From NCBI GenBank assembly GCA_963664115.2, contig CAXWPJ010000005.1, positions 128,001-192,000 on the forward strand: a stretch of 64,000 nt of DNA, in the 5' to 3' direction. This document shows positions 10,661 to 20,981 of the stretch, one piece after another (positions within the stretch are counted from its first letter, which is position 1; the number at the start of each line of letters is the position of its first letter). The DNA comes from Terriglobia bacterium. Lineage in GTDB: Bacteria > Acidobacteriota > Terriglobia > 20CM-2-55-15. The notes beneath the pieces are model-generated. The model ran no database searches. It worked only from the letters and a program-made list of their open reading frames with translations, and was not told where the DNA came from. Made by a program: the position numbers and the translations under genes.

Positions 10661-11019
10661 TCTTGGCCCCTCTCTGTTTTCTTCCCGTGCACGAAGAAAA
10701 AGCGAACAGAGCTTGAAAATGGATGTCCGGCCTTTCCCAGCTTGAGCCATACCGGATTCCATCACCCTGTCGGGCGCATCCCCATCCTGTATTGCGCGGC
10801 AAGAGTTCAGATGCGGTTTGAGGATTATAGAATTGGTGCAAACATATCAATTGACACATAAAGATCGAGGATACTAGCATGACTTCGCATTGAATCTCAG
10901 GAAGACCGATGTCACACTGTGAACTGGCGTAGGCCACTCGAGCGAGTCGCACTTCTAATCGCCATTTTATCAGTTTAGAAATTTCCGGACATCGGACTTC
11001 ACGAGTGAAGGAGAGAGAA

Positions 11020-11472
11020 ATGAAACGTACTGTAATTGCACTGTTGGGATTCGCCTTCGTTGTCACGGTCGGGTCGATAGGTGCAGAACCCCTGCTCGCC
11101 CATCACGGCCGCGGGAATACTTATGAGACAGACGGGACGCACGAGATTCACGGTATTGTGAAAGAGGTGCGGTGGCGCAATCCCCACATCGCGTTCCTGG
11201 TCGATGTGACGGACGATAGCGGCGAGGTGGTCACCTGGGTTCTCGAGCACAGCAACGTCAGCACGCTCGCGCGCCTGGGCTACGGCCGGGCCACTTTGCG
11301 GCCCGGAATGGAAATAGACGTTGTAATGAATCCGTGCACCATGGACCGAACGTGCGGGCTTAACAGGGGCGTCACCCTGGAAGACGGTACGCAGATCTTC
11401 CTGCGAGGGGTGTCCGACGAAACGCCCGGGAGGCTCAATCCGCTTGGCGACACCCGGCAATCAGTTAACTAG
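11020..11472 (+). CDS. DUF6152 family exported protein
   Basis: AAGGAG RBS; signal peptide ending LLA-HH; GIVKEVRWRNPH. Confidence 0.82.
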   Translation: MKRTVIALLGFAFVVTVGSIGAEPLLAHHGRGNTYETDGTHEIHGIVKEVRWRNPHIAFLVDVTDDSGEVVTWVLEHSNVSTLARLGYGRATLRPGMEIDVVMNPCTMDRTCGLNRGVTLEDGTQIFLRGVSDETPGRLNPLGDTRQSVN

Positions 11473-11562
11473 CAGCGGAATCGCAAAGCTTAAGGCGTAT
11501 GGATCGTGCGCCTAGATATTTTGATTGTAAGAAATTGGAAGAGTTGATTTAAGGAGTCCCAA

Positions 11563-12432
11563 ATGCGAAATCGTTTAATGAGTTTTCTAGGCACCGTGGT
11601 GGGTTCAGCTTCCCTCCTGGTGGTTCCTGGTGCATTCCTGACGACATTTGCTCCGGTGGCTGCGGCGGAATGTATGGAACCGCAAAGCGGAGATGCCCGT
11701 GACTTTTCGGGGATCTGGTACCGCGACGAAGGCGATTGTGGTTTTGGCCCGCCGGGAAGCGCCCCGGACCTGACGCCGGACGGTGTAGAGGCGCTCATGA
11801 AGAACGTGCCGACTCGGCCCCGACATCCTCTGCATCTGGAGCGGGTGGGGGGAGATGAGAACGGCGCCGACTTCAAGCTATCGAACGACCCGGCCATGCA
11901 ATGTAATCCGAAAGGCCTGCCCCAGATGGTCGTCGATACGGCGCATGATCATCACGAAGTGGTTCAACTCGATAACAGAATCATTCAGCTCTGGCAGGAA
12001 GAGCGCTTGCCTCGAGAAATCTGGTTCGACGGTCGGGCGGTCCCGTCAGGCGATGACCTCCTGAACCTCGGACCTTCCTGGTATGGCATGTCGGTGGGGC
12101 ACTGGGAAGGCGACACCCTCGTTGTCGAGACGGTGGGACTGGATCCCCGGGCCTGGGTCGACATATACGGATACCCGAAGAGTGAAGACGCCCGCTTAAT
12201 CGAGCGCTACACCCGGCGTGGGGATACATTGGAAATGGTAGCCACGCTGATTGATTCAGCCTACTACACAGAAGATTGGGTTTCCGACACCAAGACATGG
12301 ACGTTGGAGCCGTCCGATGCGATAGCGGTCAACAATTTCGGCTGGTACGGGGTATACCCCAGTCTCGTCGATCTACTGTGTGCACCGATCAATGGCGACG
12401 GATCGGCGTCCAATCCTTTCGGTGGCGACTAA
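11563..12432 (+). CDS. Exported conserved hypothetical protein, DUF6152-partner family
   Basis: DFSGIW, CNPKGLP, REIWFDGR, YGMSVGHWEGDTLVVET, ERYTR. Confidence 0.82.
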   Translation: MRNRLMSFLGTVVGSASLLVVPGAFLTTFAPVAAAECMEPQSGDARDFSGIWYRDEGDCGFGPPGSAPDLTPDGVEALMKNVPTRPRHPLHLERVGGDENGADFKLSNDPAMQCNPKGLPQMVVDTAHDHHEVVQLDNRIIQLWQEERLPREIWFDGRAVPSGDDLLNLGPSWYGMSVGHWEGDTLVVETVGLDPRAWVDIYGYPKSEDARLIERYTRRGDTLEMVATLIDSAYYTEDWVSDTKTWTLEPSDAIAVNNFGWYGVYPSLVDLLCAPINGDGSASNPFGGD

Positions 12433-12446
12433 TCAGTTCCTGTACT

Positions 12447-12494
12447 GTAAGCCCCCTCATTGCTCGGCTTTGAGGCCGAGTAGAGGGGGCTTAC
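12447..12494. terminator. Strong hairpin after the DUF6152 pair, probable terminator
   Basis: GTAAGCCCCCTC...GAGGGGGCTTAC outer stem with inner CTCGGC/GCCGAG; no U-tract. Confidence 0.55.
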
Positions 12495-12872
12495 TCGCAG
12501 AGTTTGATTCTTGGTGAAGCCTAGAGCGGGAAGAGCGTTGTACTTCGAATAGCTCAAGGCCGAATTGGACACTGTGATTTGGCGATTTGGCCGGTTCGTC
12601 CCGCCGTTAGTTGCGTTTTTGCAAGACTCGCTCCCTTCCCGATCGCATTCTTCAACTCAGGGTTAAAGACTCTGGCTGTGTCGCTTAGTGTCCTGTCTGA
12701 AGTGCGCGGCTGATGTGAGGGAAGGAACTCAGTGTGGTCGTCGTTGCCTGATTCGATGTGCTTCTGACTCTATATGCAAGGGCCTGCTAACCGGGCAGGG
12801 TTGGATGTCGTTCGTCATTTCCCCGCACGGTCCCTCCGTGCGGGGTTCGGTGGGATCTTCTCCTTAGCTTTC

Positions 12873-13901
12873 TTAATCGGGCGCGTTTGCCAGCCAGGCC
12901 AGTTGCGCATCGGCACATTCGCCGACCACCGTCAGATGGCGCCTGACGGCTTCGCTGCTGACAAAGGGATGCGCGTCGCCTGGTAAACGAAAGTTGACTG
13001 CGTTGATTTTGTCCAGCGTCCGGTCGTGGTTCGTGTGGCTCGACAGATAAACATCAGCGCGAGCCCGTGCCGTTATGTCCCGAAAACGTTTGGCCGAGGC
13101 ACTGTAGGTTCGCAGAGCATCAGCGCGCTCTGAGAAATGCCGGTAGCCGAAGCCGTTCCCGCCCCAAAGGCTGCCAAGATGCCATCGGTCTCCATCTTTG
13201 AGTGGAACCAGCGTCGATATCGTGCCCGGAGTGTGACCGGGTGTGACGTAGAGAGTCAGCGTCGTATCCCCGAGCGTCAGTTCCATACCATCGGTGGCGA
13301 TCATGTCTTTTCTGGGCTTGAGCTCCGCAGCGTTGTTGTCATTGGCCATCACGTCCCAGTCCGCCTCCGACATGATGATGCGTGCGCCGTAAGTATCCTG
13401 GAGATATTTGGCACCCAGATAATGGTCGCCGTGGGCGTGCGCCACAATGACGTACTTGATATCAGCCGGATCCAGACCCAGTTGGGTGAGTCCCTCCGTG
13501 ATCTGCGCTTCAGCCATGTAATCGAAGGCCGTGTCGTGCAGGATAATGCCTTCCGAAGTCGTCACCGCCCACATTGACTGCAAATAGCTGCCGACGTAGT
13601 AGAGGTTGTCAAACAGTTGCGCGGGGGCCTCGTACCAGTCCTCGCGCGGCGGTATTGTGCGCGTGGTCGGCGCCGGAGTTGGAGCGGGTGTCGCTTGGGC
13701 GGCGGGTGCAGGCCGGGGAGGGGCCGGCTCCCTGCAAAGCCCATCGAATATCCAGGTGAAATCCTGTCCGGGGGCGTACGCTGCGGCCCTGGCCGCGGCG
13801 ACATGAGACTCAGCCGCACCGGCCTGGCCGAGCGCCTGACTTCGGTTCAAGCCACTCAGAAGCAGGACAGTGCAGAACATCGGTACCAGATGGCCCTTCA
13901 T
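12873..13901 (-). CDS. Exported MBL-fold metallo-hydrolase, subclass B3-like
   Basis: HAHGDH, TPGHTPG, LSSH motifs; signal peptide. Confidence 0.9.
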   Translation of the reverse strand: MKGHLVPMFCTVLLLSGLNRSQALGQAGAAESHVAAARAAAYAPGQDFTWIFDGLCREPAPPRPAPAAQATPAPTPAPTTRTIPPREDWYEAPAQLFDNLYYVGSYLQSMWAVTTSEGIILHDTAFDYMAEAQITEGLTQLGLDPADIKYVIVAHAHGDHYLGAKYLQDTYGARIIMSEADWDVMANDNNAAELKPRKDMIATDGMELTLGDTTLTLYVTPGHTPGTISTLVPLKDGDRWHLGSLWGGNGFGYRHFSERADALRTYSASAKRFRDITARARADVYLSSHTNHDRTLDKINAVNFRLPGDAHPFVSSEAVRRHLTVVGECADAQLAWLANAPD

Positions 13902-14078
13902 TTTTATTGACTCCTTTGACTTCTCGCGCCCTCAGGCGAACTGCGTGCTTGCTGATTCGTGTTGGTTTCGGAGGCGAATTATATCAGATTGCACCTCATC
14001 AGCACCTTACTTGGCTACGCTCTCTGTGACACAAATCGCATGCGATTGGACCGATTGCTGTTGCTCCAACCCAAGCGC

Positions 14079-14993
14079 CTACTTCCTGATAATTTTTTTG
14101 ATTTTCCCGCCGAGCGTCCCGGTGTCAGCCAGGTACAACGCGCCGGTTTCTGGATCCAAAGTAATATTGTGTGGCCGGGCTTCGAGACCGCCGATCACCT
14201 CAATTGTCCGCCCGTCTTTCACGACCTTGATCCTCTCCCCGTCGGTATCACCGACGTAAACCGTATCGTCAGCATCCATCGTGAAGCCGGATCCCATGAT
14301 GAGGTCCAGATCGGGCCACTCTTCGATAAACGTGCCGTTTTGATCCCAAACCTGAATACGTGGCTCGTTGGAATGACCATCCAAAACGATCAGGCGACCT
14401 CGCGAGTCAATCTGGACCCCATGGATCTCTTCAAATTCGCCCGGTTCCTTTCCGGCAACGCCACCGATCACCTTAATGAAGGCTCCCTCGCTCGAAAAAT
14501 GTACGATCCGGTTGTTCCTGTAACCGTCCGCGACAAAGATATCGCCATTCGGAGCTACGGCAACGTCACTTGCGCGATTGAACGCGTCGGGCGAACTGTT
14601 GTTGCCCGCGACGCCTTTCGTGCCAAGCGCCATGACCTGCTGCCCGTCCATGGTGAATTTGTAGATCATCTGGCCACTTCTGTCTCCGATCCAGACGAAG
14701 CCTTCATGGTCGACATCGATGTTGTGCGAGTCGAGAAACAAACCCTCGCCCCAGGAGTCCTGGAGTTCTCCCTCGCGGTTGAAAATCAGGACTTGCGGAT
14801 CCGAGCGTTTCAACACGAGTATCGATCCCTTGCCATCGGCCGCTATCGACCTCGTATCGGACCTCTCGCCTCCCGCCGTGTTCACGTGGGGCGCCCCAAA
14901 GATGGTGGCCGTGTAGTTGCTGTTCGTAGTCTGGGCGAAAGCAGATGCACCCAACCCGAACACGACGCATGTCACACACATAAACTTTTTCAT
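14079..14993 (-). CDS. NHL-repeat beta-propeller protein, peptidyl-alpha-hydroxyglycine amidating lyase-like
   Basis: Signal peptide; FNRASDVAVAPNGDIFVADGYRNNRIVHF, HGVQIDSRG. Confidence 0.85.
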   Translation of the reverse strand: MKKFMCVTCVVFGLGASAFAQTTNSNYTATIFGAPHVNTAGGERSDTRSIAADGKGSILVLKRSDPQVLIFNREGELQDSWGEGLFLDSHNIDVDHEGFVWIGDRSGQMIYKFTMDGQQVMALGTKGVAGNNSSPDAFNRASDVAVAPNGDIFVADGYRNNRIVHFSSEGAFIKVIGGVAGKEPGEFEEIHGVQIDSRGRLIVLDGHSNEPRIQVWDQNGTFIEEWPDLDLIMGSGFTMDADDTVYVGDTDGERIKVVKDGRTIEVIGGLEARPHNITLDPETGALYLADTGTLGGKIKKIIRK

Positions 14994-15069
14994 CGAAACC
15001 CTCCGTCAATGGCGTCATTCAAAAATGTGGTCACTCGAATTTCCAGGGCCTGAACAAAACAGACCTCCA

Positions 15070-16287
15070 CTACTCCATCGGTTCGATCCGGCGAATCTGC
15101 CCAGCAGCATCAGGGTGACTGTAGCTGGTGAAGTAGATCAGACCATCGGGACCCTGCCGCACGTCGCGGAGCCATTCGCCAATAGCGCTGAACAGGTTTT
15201 CGCGAACATCCGTTCCGTCCGGGCTGAATGCGACGCGATGAAGCTGCTGGGTTGCCAGCCCGCCCACGAAGAGACTGCCCGTCCATTCGGGGAACCGGTC
15301 CCCAGTGTAGAACATCATTCCAGTTGGATGGATGTCTGGAGTGCGCCAGATGATTTCTCCCTCCGTCAGTTCAACTCCCTCGGGCCGGGGCAGTATGGGG
15401 ACCGGAGTCCCGCCGGCAGCGCTGCCGGACCCGCCCACCGAGGTGTAGGGCCAACCATAGTTGCCGCCGGGTGTGAGGATGTTGGCCTCGTCGCCGTGTT
15501 CCAGGTCCCAGACCTCCCCGGTTTCGGGATGAACGACCAGACCGTGCACGTTCTGATGTCCAATGGTGAATATTTCAGGACGGAATCCGTCGCGGCCCAC
15601 AAAAGGATTACCGGGCGCAGGAGTGCCGTCGTCGTTGAGACGCAGGATCTTACCCGCGTGGTCGTTCATTTGTTGGGCGCGCACGGTCTGGGGACCTCCG
15701 CCCCCAACGCTGACCGTCATGTACAACATGTCGTCCGGAGCGAATACGATCCGCGAGTTCTGACGTCCCATTGTCATGGCCCACGCGTCCGCCACGAACA
15801 ATTCCTCGAAGTCGTTCAGCGTCGTCCCGTCAAACGTACCGCGACCCAGGGCCATCGTGGTGCCGTCTGCGCCGGATATGTTGTAGGTGAGATACACCAG
15901 GTTGTTTTCTGCAAAGTTCGGATGAAGCTTAACGTCCATCAAGCCCTGTGAGGCGCCGGTGTGATTCACTTCCGGCACACCGCCGATGGGCTCCTGCTCT
16001 AGCTCGCCGTCACGAATGAGGCGTAAGCGGCCTTCCATCTCCGTAAAGAGCATGTCCCCGTCGGGCAGAAAGGCCATGGAATACGGGTAGGACAGACCGT
16101 CGGCGACCGTGACGACACGAATCTGGTACTCCGTCGTCTCGAATACCTGGGCTTCAGGAACTGCAGCGACATCGGGTGGATTCTCCGCCTCGGGGGCTCC
16201 GGGAGTACAGCCGACAGCCAGCGTCAAGAACAGGACGGCCCGGAATCCGATCGCGATGAAGCGCATCGGTGAGGACGGGTGTTTCAT
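15070..16287 (-). CDS. PQQ-dependent (aldose) sugar dehydrogenase family lipoprotein
   Basis: GLSYPYSMAFLPDG, GKILRLNDDG.PAPGNPF, GGNYGWP, RDVRQGPDG; lipobox AVGC. Confidence 0.88.
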   Translation of the reverse strand: MKHPSSPMRFIAIGFRAVLFLTLAVGCTPGAPEAENPPDVAAVPEAQVFETTEYQIRVVTVADGLSYPYSMAFLPDGDMLFTEMEGRLRLIRDGELEQEPIGGVPEVNHTGASQGLMDVKLHPNFAENNLVYLTYNISGADGTTMALGRGTFDGTTLNDFEELFVADAWAMTMGRQNSRIVFAPDDMLYMTVSVGGGGPQTVRAQQMNDHAGKILRLNDDGTPAPGNPFVGRDGFRPEIFTIGHQNVHGLVVHPETGEVWDLEHGDEANILTPGGNYGWPYTSVGGSGSAAGGTPVPILPRPEGVELTEGEIIWRTPDIHPTGMMFYTGDRFPEWTGSLFVGGLATQQLHRVAFSPDGTDVRENLFSAIGEWLRDVRQGPDGLIYFTSYSHPDAAGQIRRIEPME

Positions 16288-16421
16288 AGCCTACCTCCGT
16301 AACAATGAAATGGCTCTGGGTTCATAAATTTGGCGCGGAATATAACATGATCGATAGCCAGGCCGATTATAATTCCATCCCTGGCCAAAAGATTTGACTA
16401 TGTTGAGGTTGGAAGTTTACG

Positions 16422-17249
16422 ATGCGGGGCAATTTTAGGAGTATGCCAATGGCGAGCGCACTGAGGGTAGGAGCCACCTGCGGTTTCCTGGTACTGATAA
16501 TCGTGTTAGGGGGGGCGACGCTGGGGGCCCAAAGCGTTGAGCAGTTCGATAAGTCCTTTTTGTTTATCGGAAACTGGGATACCGGGATCGGGAACCCCGA
16601 CGGTCAGGATCGCGGGAATTGCGGCGGCCGCCTGGGAGACTACGGTGAAAAGCTGCTCAACTGCTCGTTGCCGGTTGACCAACTCCCTTTGAATCTGCGG
16701 GGGGAAGCGTGGCTCGAGTTCGCAGATCAACGCGCCTCACCGGCGCTGGCCGAGTGTGCGGAGGTGGCCGTGCCAGGCCTGGTGGCCGGTGGGGTCTACA
16801 TATCCGGATATCCGAACCGATTGGAGTTTCAGCATCCCGCTGAGGCGGGGACAATCGTTGGCCGGACCATCTGGATGGATGGTCGCGGACACCCGGAGGC
16901 TCGAAAGCTCTTCCAGCACGGGGATTCGATCGGCTGGTGGGACGGAGACGATCTGGTTGTCGAAACCACCAACTTCACATTCGATCCGGATGGTATCGAT
17001 GATCATCTCCACATGGCCTCTTCGGTGCGGAAGAGAGTGACCGAGCGCTACCGCATCATCGACGATGACAATCTGCGACTCATCATCACACTGGAAGATC
17101 CAGTGTTCCTGACCCGGCCGTTCACCTACGCGTACGTCTTGAACAGACTCGAGGGAGGGCCGCGGACGGGTTGGCGTGCCTGCGATCCCGAGGTTGCCAG
17201 AAACGAGGTTCTTTTCGCTTACCCTGGAGATAAGTATCCGGAGGACTGA
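16422..17249 (+). CDS. Exported conserved hypothetical protein, DUF6152-partner family (start uncertain)
   Basis: RTIWMDGRGHP, GDSIGWWDGDDLVVETTNF, VTERY, LEDP.FLT.PF. Confidence 0.75.
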   Translation: MRGNFRSMPMASALRVGATCGFLVLIIVLGGATLGAQSVEQFDKSFLFIGNWDTGIGNPDGQDRGNCGGRLGDYGEKLLNCSLPVDQLPLNLRGEAWLEFADQRASPALAECAEVAVPGLVAGGVYISGYPNRLEFQHPAEAGTIVGRTIWMDGRGHPEARKLFQHGDSIGWWDGDDLVVETTNFTFDPDGIDDHLHMASSVRKRVTERYRIIDDDNLRLIITLEDPVFLTRPFTYAYVLNRLEGGPRTGWRACDPEVARNEVLFAYPGDKYPED

Positions 17250-17605
17250 GTAAGAATAGGGTAAGAGTAAGTAGGGAAGAGTGGGTGGGGCAATGGAACC
17301 CGTCTCGCCCTGCCAGGACCAAGACCCGCCTGTTGTGTCACCAATCGATGCTCCCGTGCGTCGGACGAGTCCGTTCGGCCGCTTGATTCGTCCCGCCTGC
17401 GAATGCGCCCCCTTCATTAAGCCCCCTTCATTAAGTTGCGCCACAGCATAGGGTCGACTATCCTCAGATGTGTCCTGTTTCCTTTCAACTTCCTCTTGTT
17501 CTTGCGCACAGACCTCTGCGCGCTACTTCCTTCTCTGACAGGCAAACCGGGACGGGTCCCACACGTGTTGTCTCGTGCTCCCGTCTCTTTTAACGAGGTT
17601 CTAAG

Positions 17606-18625
17606 ATGAAAATCAGAGTGCTTGATAACGACATCGAGCTCCCAGACTTTGACCCGAAAAAATTCGGGGCGAGGCCGGTTCTGATCATTGCCGCGATTGT
17701 TTTCGGGCTGGCGATGGTCTGGAGCGCCGTGTATCAGATTGCGCCCGAAGAGGCCGGAGTCGTGCTCCGTCTGGGGCGCTTTGTCCGGACGACGGATCCC
17801 GGACTCCGCTTCAAGATCCCATTTCTCGAACAGGTTCAGAAAGTGCCGGTCCAGCGGCAGCTCAAGCAGGAGTTCGGCTTCCGGACTGTTACCGCGGGAG
17901 TTCAGAGTAATTTCACGACCGTCGGCTTGAACGACGAGTCGTTGATGTTGACGGGTGACTTGAACGTGGCCGTCGTGGAGTGGATCGTCCAGTACCGTGT
18001 GGCCGACGTCTACGACTACCTGTTTAAAGTGCGCAATGTCGAGGAAACATTCCGTGACATGAATGAAGCCGTCATGCGAGAGGTCGTCGGTGATCGTACG
18101 GTTACCGAGGTTCTCACGATCGGAAGGCAGGACATCGAGGTCACTGCGCAAGTCCGGCTGCAGAGGCTGAGCGATCAGTATGAGAACGGAATCCGGATCG
18201 AGCAGGTTGTGTTGCAGGACGTCAATCCGCCGGACCCGGTGAAACCTTCCTGGGACGAGGTGAACCAGGCACAGCAGCAACGGGACCAGTTGATCAACGA
18301 AGCGCTGACCGACTACAACAGCGTCATCCCCAGAGCCCGGGGTGAAGCCGAGCAGGCGATTCTTCAGGCGGAAGGGTACGCGGTGAACCGCGTCAATCGT
18401 GCAGAGGGTGATGCCGCCCGCTTTATAGCCGTCTATGACGAGTATCGCCAGGCTCCTGAAGTGACTCGCCGACGGATGTACCTGGAAACAATGTCGTCCA
18501 TGATGGCCCGTGTTCCCGGCAAGGTGATCCTCGACAGCAACGCCCAGGGCATTCTTCCGTTGCTTCCCCTCGATGGAATTACTAACCGGCTCGCCAGCAA
18601 CTCTCTGAATCAAGGAGGCAACTGA
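17606..18625 (+). CDS. hflK: FtsH protease modulator HflK
   Basis: SPFH domain (GVVLRLG, MLTGDLN, LQDVNPP), AEGDAARF, RRRMYLETM. Confidence 0.93.
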   Translation: MKIRVLDNDIELPDFDPKKFGARPVLIIAAIVFGLAMVWSAVYQIAPEEAGVVLRLGRFVRTTDPGLRFKIPFLEQVQKVPVQRQLKQEFGFRTVTAGVQSNFTTVGLNDESLMLTGDLNVAVVEWIVQYRVADVYDYLFKVRNVEETFRDMNEAVMREVVGDRTVTEVLTIGRQDIEVTAQVRLQRLSDQYENGIRIEQVVLQDVNPPDPVKPSWDEVNQAQQQRDQLINEALTDYNSVIPRARGEAEQAILQAEGYAVNRVNRAEGDAARFIAVYDEYRQAPEVTRRRMYLETMSSMMARVPGKVILDSNAQGILPLLPLDGITNRLASNSLNQGGN

Positions 18626-19563
18626 TGAAAGGCATGGCCAAAGCTCCACTATTGATATCGGCCGGTATCGTTGGATTGATTCTCCTCGGCAGTGGACTCT
18701 TTGTCGTGGACGAAACCCAGCAGGTGATCATCACGCAATTCGGCGACCCCGTCGGCGAAGCGATCACGACCCCGGGTCTCAAGTTCAAAATACCCTTTAT
18801 CCAGATGGCCAATTATTTCGACAATCGTTTTCTGGAATGGGACGGTGAACCGAATCAGGTGCCGACCCGCGACAAGCGGTTCATCTGGGTGGATGCCTAT
18901 GCACGCTGGAGGATCAGTGACCCCCTGATGTATCTGGAAAGACTCCGCGGGGATGAGAATACGGCCCAGTCGCGCCTGGACGATATTCTGGACGGCGAGA
19001 CGCGCAACGCTATTGCCCGCAACGATCTGCTCCAGGTGGTTCGGACCAGCAACCGGCAACCCGAGACGGTCGAAGGCGATCAAGAGGAAACCGGAATCCT
19101 CGACGAAATCACGACCGGCAGGGCGGACATCTCGGCGGGTATTCGAGAGACGGCTGCGCCACGGTTGGCCGAACTCGGGCTCGAACTCGTCGATTTTCAG
19201 ATCAAGCGGATCAATTACGTGGCAGAAGTGCAACAGGATGTATTCGCGCGAATGATCGCTGAGCGGCAACGAATTGCGCAACAGTACCGTTCAGAAGGTG
19301 AAGGAGAAGCAGCGCGCATCCGGGGCGAGAGGGAACGCGACCTCCAGGCTATCCAGTCGGAAGCCTACCGGCAGGCCGAGGAAGCTCGAGGCGTGGCTGA
19401 CGCTGACGCCTCGCGCATTTACGCGGATGCCTACAGCCGGGATGGTGGGTTCTATGAATTCACCAAGAGCATGGAGACCTTCGAGACCGCGATCGATCCC
19501 AATACGCTCATGATTCTGACGACGGATAATGCGCTGTTCAAGTATCTCAACCAGCCGCAATGA
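18625..19563 (+). CDS. hflC: FtsH protease modulator HflC
   Basis: Coupled to hflK; QVIITQFG, PGLKFKIPF, WRISDPL, RMIAERQRIA. Confidence 0.93.
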   Translation: MKGMAKAPLLISAGIVGLILLGSGLFVVDETQQVIITQFGDPVGEAITTPGLKFKIPFIQMANYFDNRFLEWDGEPNQVPTRDKRFIWVDAYARWRISDPLMYLERLRGDENTAQSRLDDILDGETRNAIARNDLLQVVRTSNRQPETVEGDQEETGILDEITTGRADISAGIRETAAPRLAELGLELVDFQIKRINYVAEVQQDVFARMIAERQRIAQQYRSEGEGEAARIRGERERDLQAIQSEAYRQAEEARGVADADASRIYADAYSRDGGFYEFTKSMETFETAIDPNTLMILTTDNALFKYLNQPQ

Positions 19564-19588
19564 GAGACGTATTTTTCGCAAGGCGAAT

Positions 19589-19614
19589 AAAAAGGGCCGC
19601 TTGGCTGCGGCCCT
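19589..19614 (-). terminator. Intrinsic terminator downstream of tRNA-Arg
   Basis: AGGGCCGC/GCGGCCCT stem followed by a T-run on the minus strand. Confidence 0.65.
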
Positions 19615-19617
19615 GAA

Positions 19618-19691
19618 TACGCCCGACAGGATTTGAACCTGTGACCTCTGGTTTCGGAGACCAGCACTCTATCCAGCTGAGCTACGGGCGC
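19618..19691 (-). tRNA. tRNA-Arg(CCG), CCA not encoded
   Basis: GCGCCCGTAGCTCAGCTGGATAGAGTGCTGGTCT-CCG-AAACCAGAGGTCACAGGTTCAAATCCTGTCGGGCGTA folds as a cloverleaf. Confidence 0.96.
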
Positions 19692-19826
19692 GGACAGCTT
19701 CAGTCTAGGGATTGGGGAAACTTGCGTCAAGACGATCCCTTGCCCCTCGAAACCGCAGGATCCCCTACGCTTTCTGTAAAGCTGCGGTCGAATTAGAATC
19801 TGGAAGACCTTGGAAAACGATGACGG

Positions 19827-20981
19827 GTGGACGCGCATGAGTGGACGGAAATGAACGGCGAACTTGCAGACAGCCCTGAGCTCGAACAAAGCCCTGAGCT
19901 TCGAAAGAGCCGGGTTGCCACCAAGTACTGGCATGTTGTTGAAGATGGTCGTGTCCAGTGCGATGTCTGTCCGCGATTCTGCCGCTTGGGGGAGGGGCAA
20001 CGGGGATTCTGTTTTGTGCGTGCGCGTCACGAGGATCAGATCGTTCTGACGACATACGGTCGTTCCAGTGGTTTCGCGATTGATCCCATCGAGAAGAAAC
20101 CGTTAAATCACTTCCTGCCGGGCACGTCGGTTCTTTCCTTCGGTACCGCCGGCTGCAATCTGGGTTGCCGGTTCTGCCAGAACTGGGACATCAGCAAGTC
20201 GCGTGAGTTCGACACCCTTACCGTCGAAGCGTCTCCCGCGGCGATCGCCCGTGCGGCGGAATCGGAGGGTTGCCGGAGTGTCGCGTTTACCTACAACGAT
20301 CCCGTCATCTTTATGGAGTATGCGATCGACGTCGCGCGCGAATGCAGGAAGAGGGGTATACGGACCGTCGCTGTGACGGCCGGATACATTGCCGCCGAGC
20401 CCCGTAAGGAATTCTTCGAGTATATAGACGCGGCGAACGTTGACCTGAAGGCCTTCACGGAGAGTTTTTATTCAAAGATCTGTGCGGGACACCTGGACCC
20501 GGTGCTCGAGACGCTTCTTTACCTGAAGCGGGAGACGGATGTCTGGGTCGAACTGACGGACCTGCTCATTCCTGGTGAGAACGATGGTGATGACGAACTG
20601 GACCAGATGACTGCTTGGGTGGTGGACCATCTCGGAGTGGACACACCGCTGCACTTTTCGGCGTTTCATCCGGACTGGAAGCTCCTGGATCGTGGTCCGA
20701 CTCCCAGGGAAACCCTTATGCGCGCACGCCGGATCGCGATCGGAAACGGTTTGCGGTATGTCTACACGGGAAACATTCACGACGTTCAATCTGACACGAC
20801 CTATTGCCACGCTTGCGGGGGCAAGCTCATCGGTCGTGACTGGTACGAACTCCACGAGTGGAACCTGGACGAAAGTGGGCGATGCTCCGCCTGCCATGCG
20901 GCGTGTGCAGGGATCTTCGATCCGCTGCCAGGAAATTGGGGCCGGCGTCGGGACCCGGTCGAGATGGACAGATTTAGATGA
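19827..20981 (+). CDS. amrS: AmmeMemoRadiSam system radical SAM enzyme
   Basis: CDVCPRFC, DPIEKKPLNHFLPG, GCNLGCRFCQNWDIS, FHPDWKL, YVYTGNIHD. Confidence 0.92.
   Translation: MDAHEWTEMNGELADSPELEQSPELRKSRVATKYWHVVEDGRVQCDVCPRFCRLGEGQRGFCFVRARHEDQIVLTTYGRSSGFAIDPIEKKPLNHFLPGTSVLSFGTAGCNLGCRFCQNWDISKSREFDTLTVEASPAAIARAAESEGCRSVAFTYNDPVIFMEYAIDVARECRKRGIRTVAVTAGYIAAEPRKEFFEYIDAANVDLKAFTESFYSKICAGHLDPVLETLLYLKRETDVWVELTDLLIPGENDGDDELDQMTAWVVDHLGVDTPLHFSAFHPDWKLLDRGPTPRETLMRARRIAIGNGLRYVYTGNIHDVQSDTTYCHACGGKLIGRDWYELHEWNLDESGRCSACHAACAGIFDPLPGNWGRRRDPVEMDRFR

Noticed and set aside
12873-13901. Calling the MBL or Vgb-like genes antibiotic resistance determinants
   Set aside because: Fold-level similarity only; these families are widely expanded in Acidobacteriota without evidence of resistance function.
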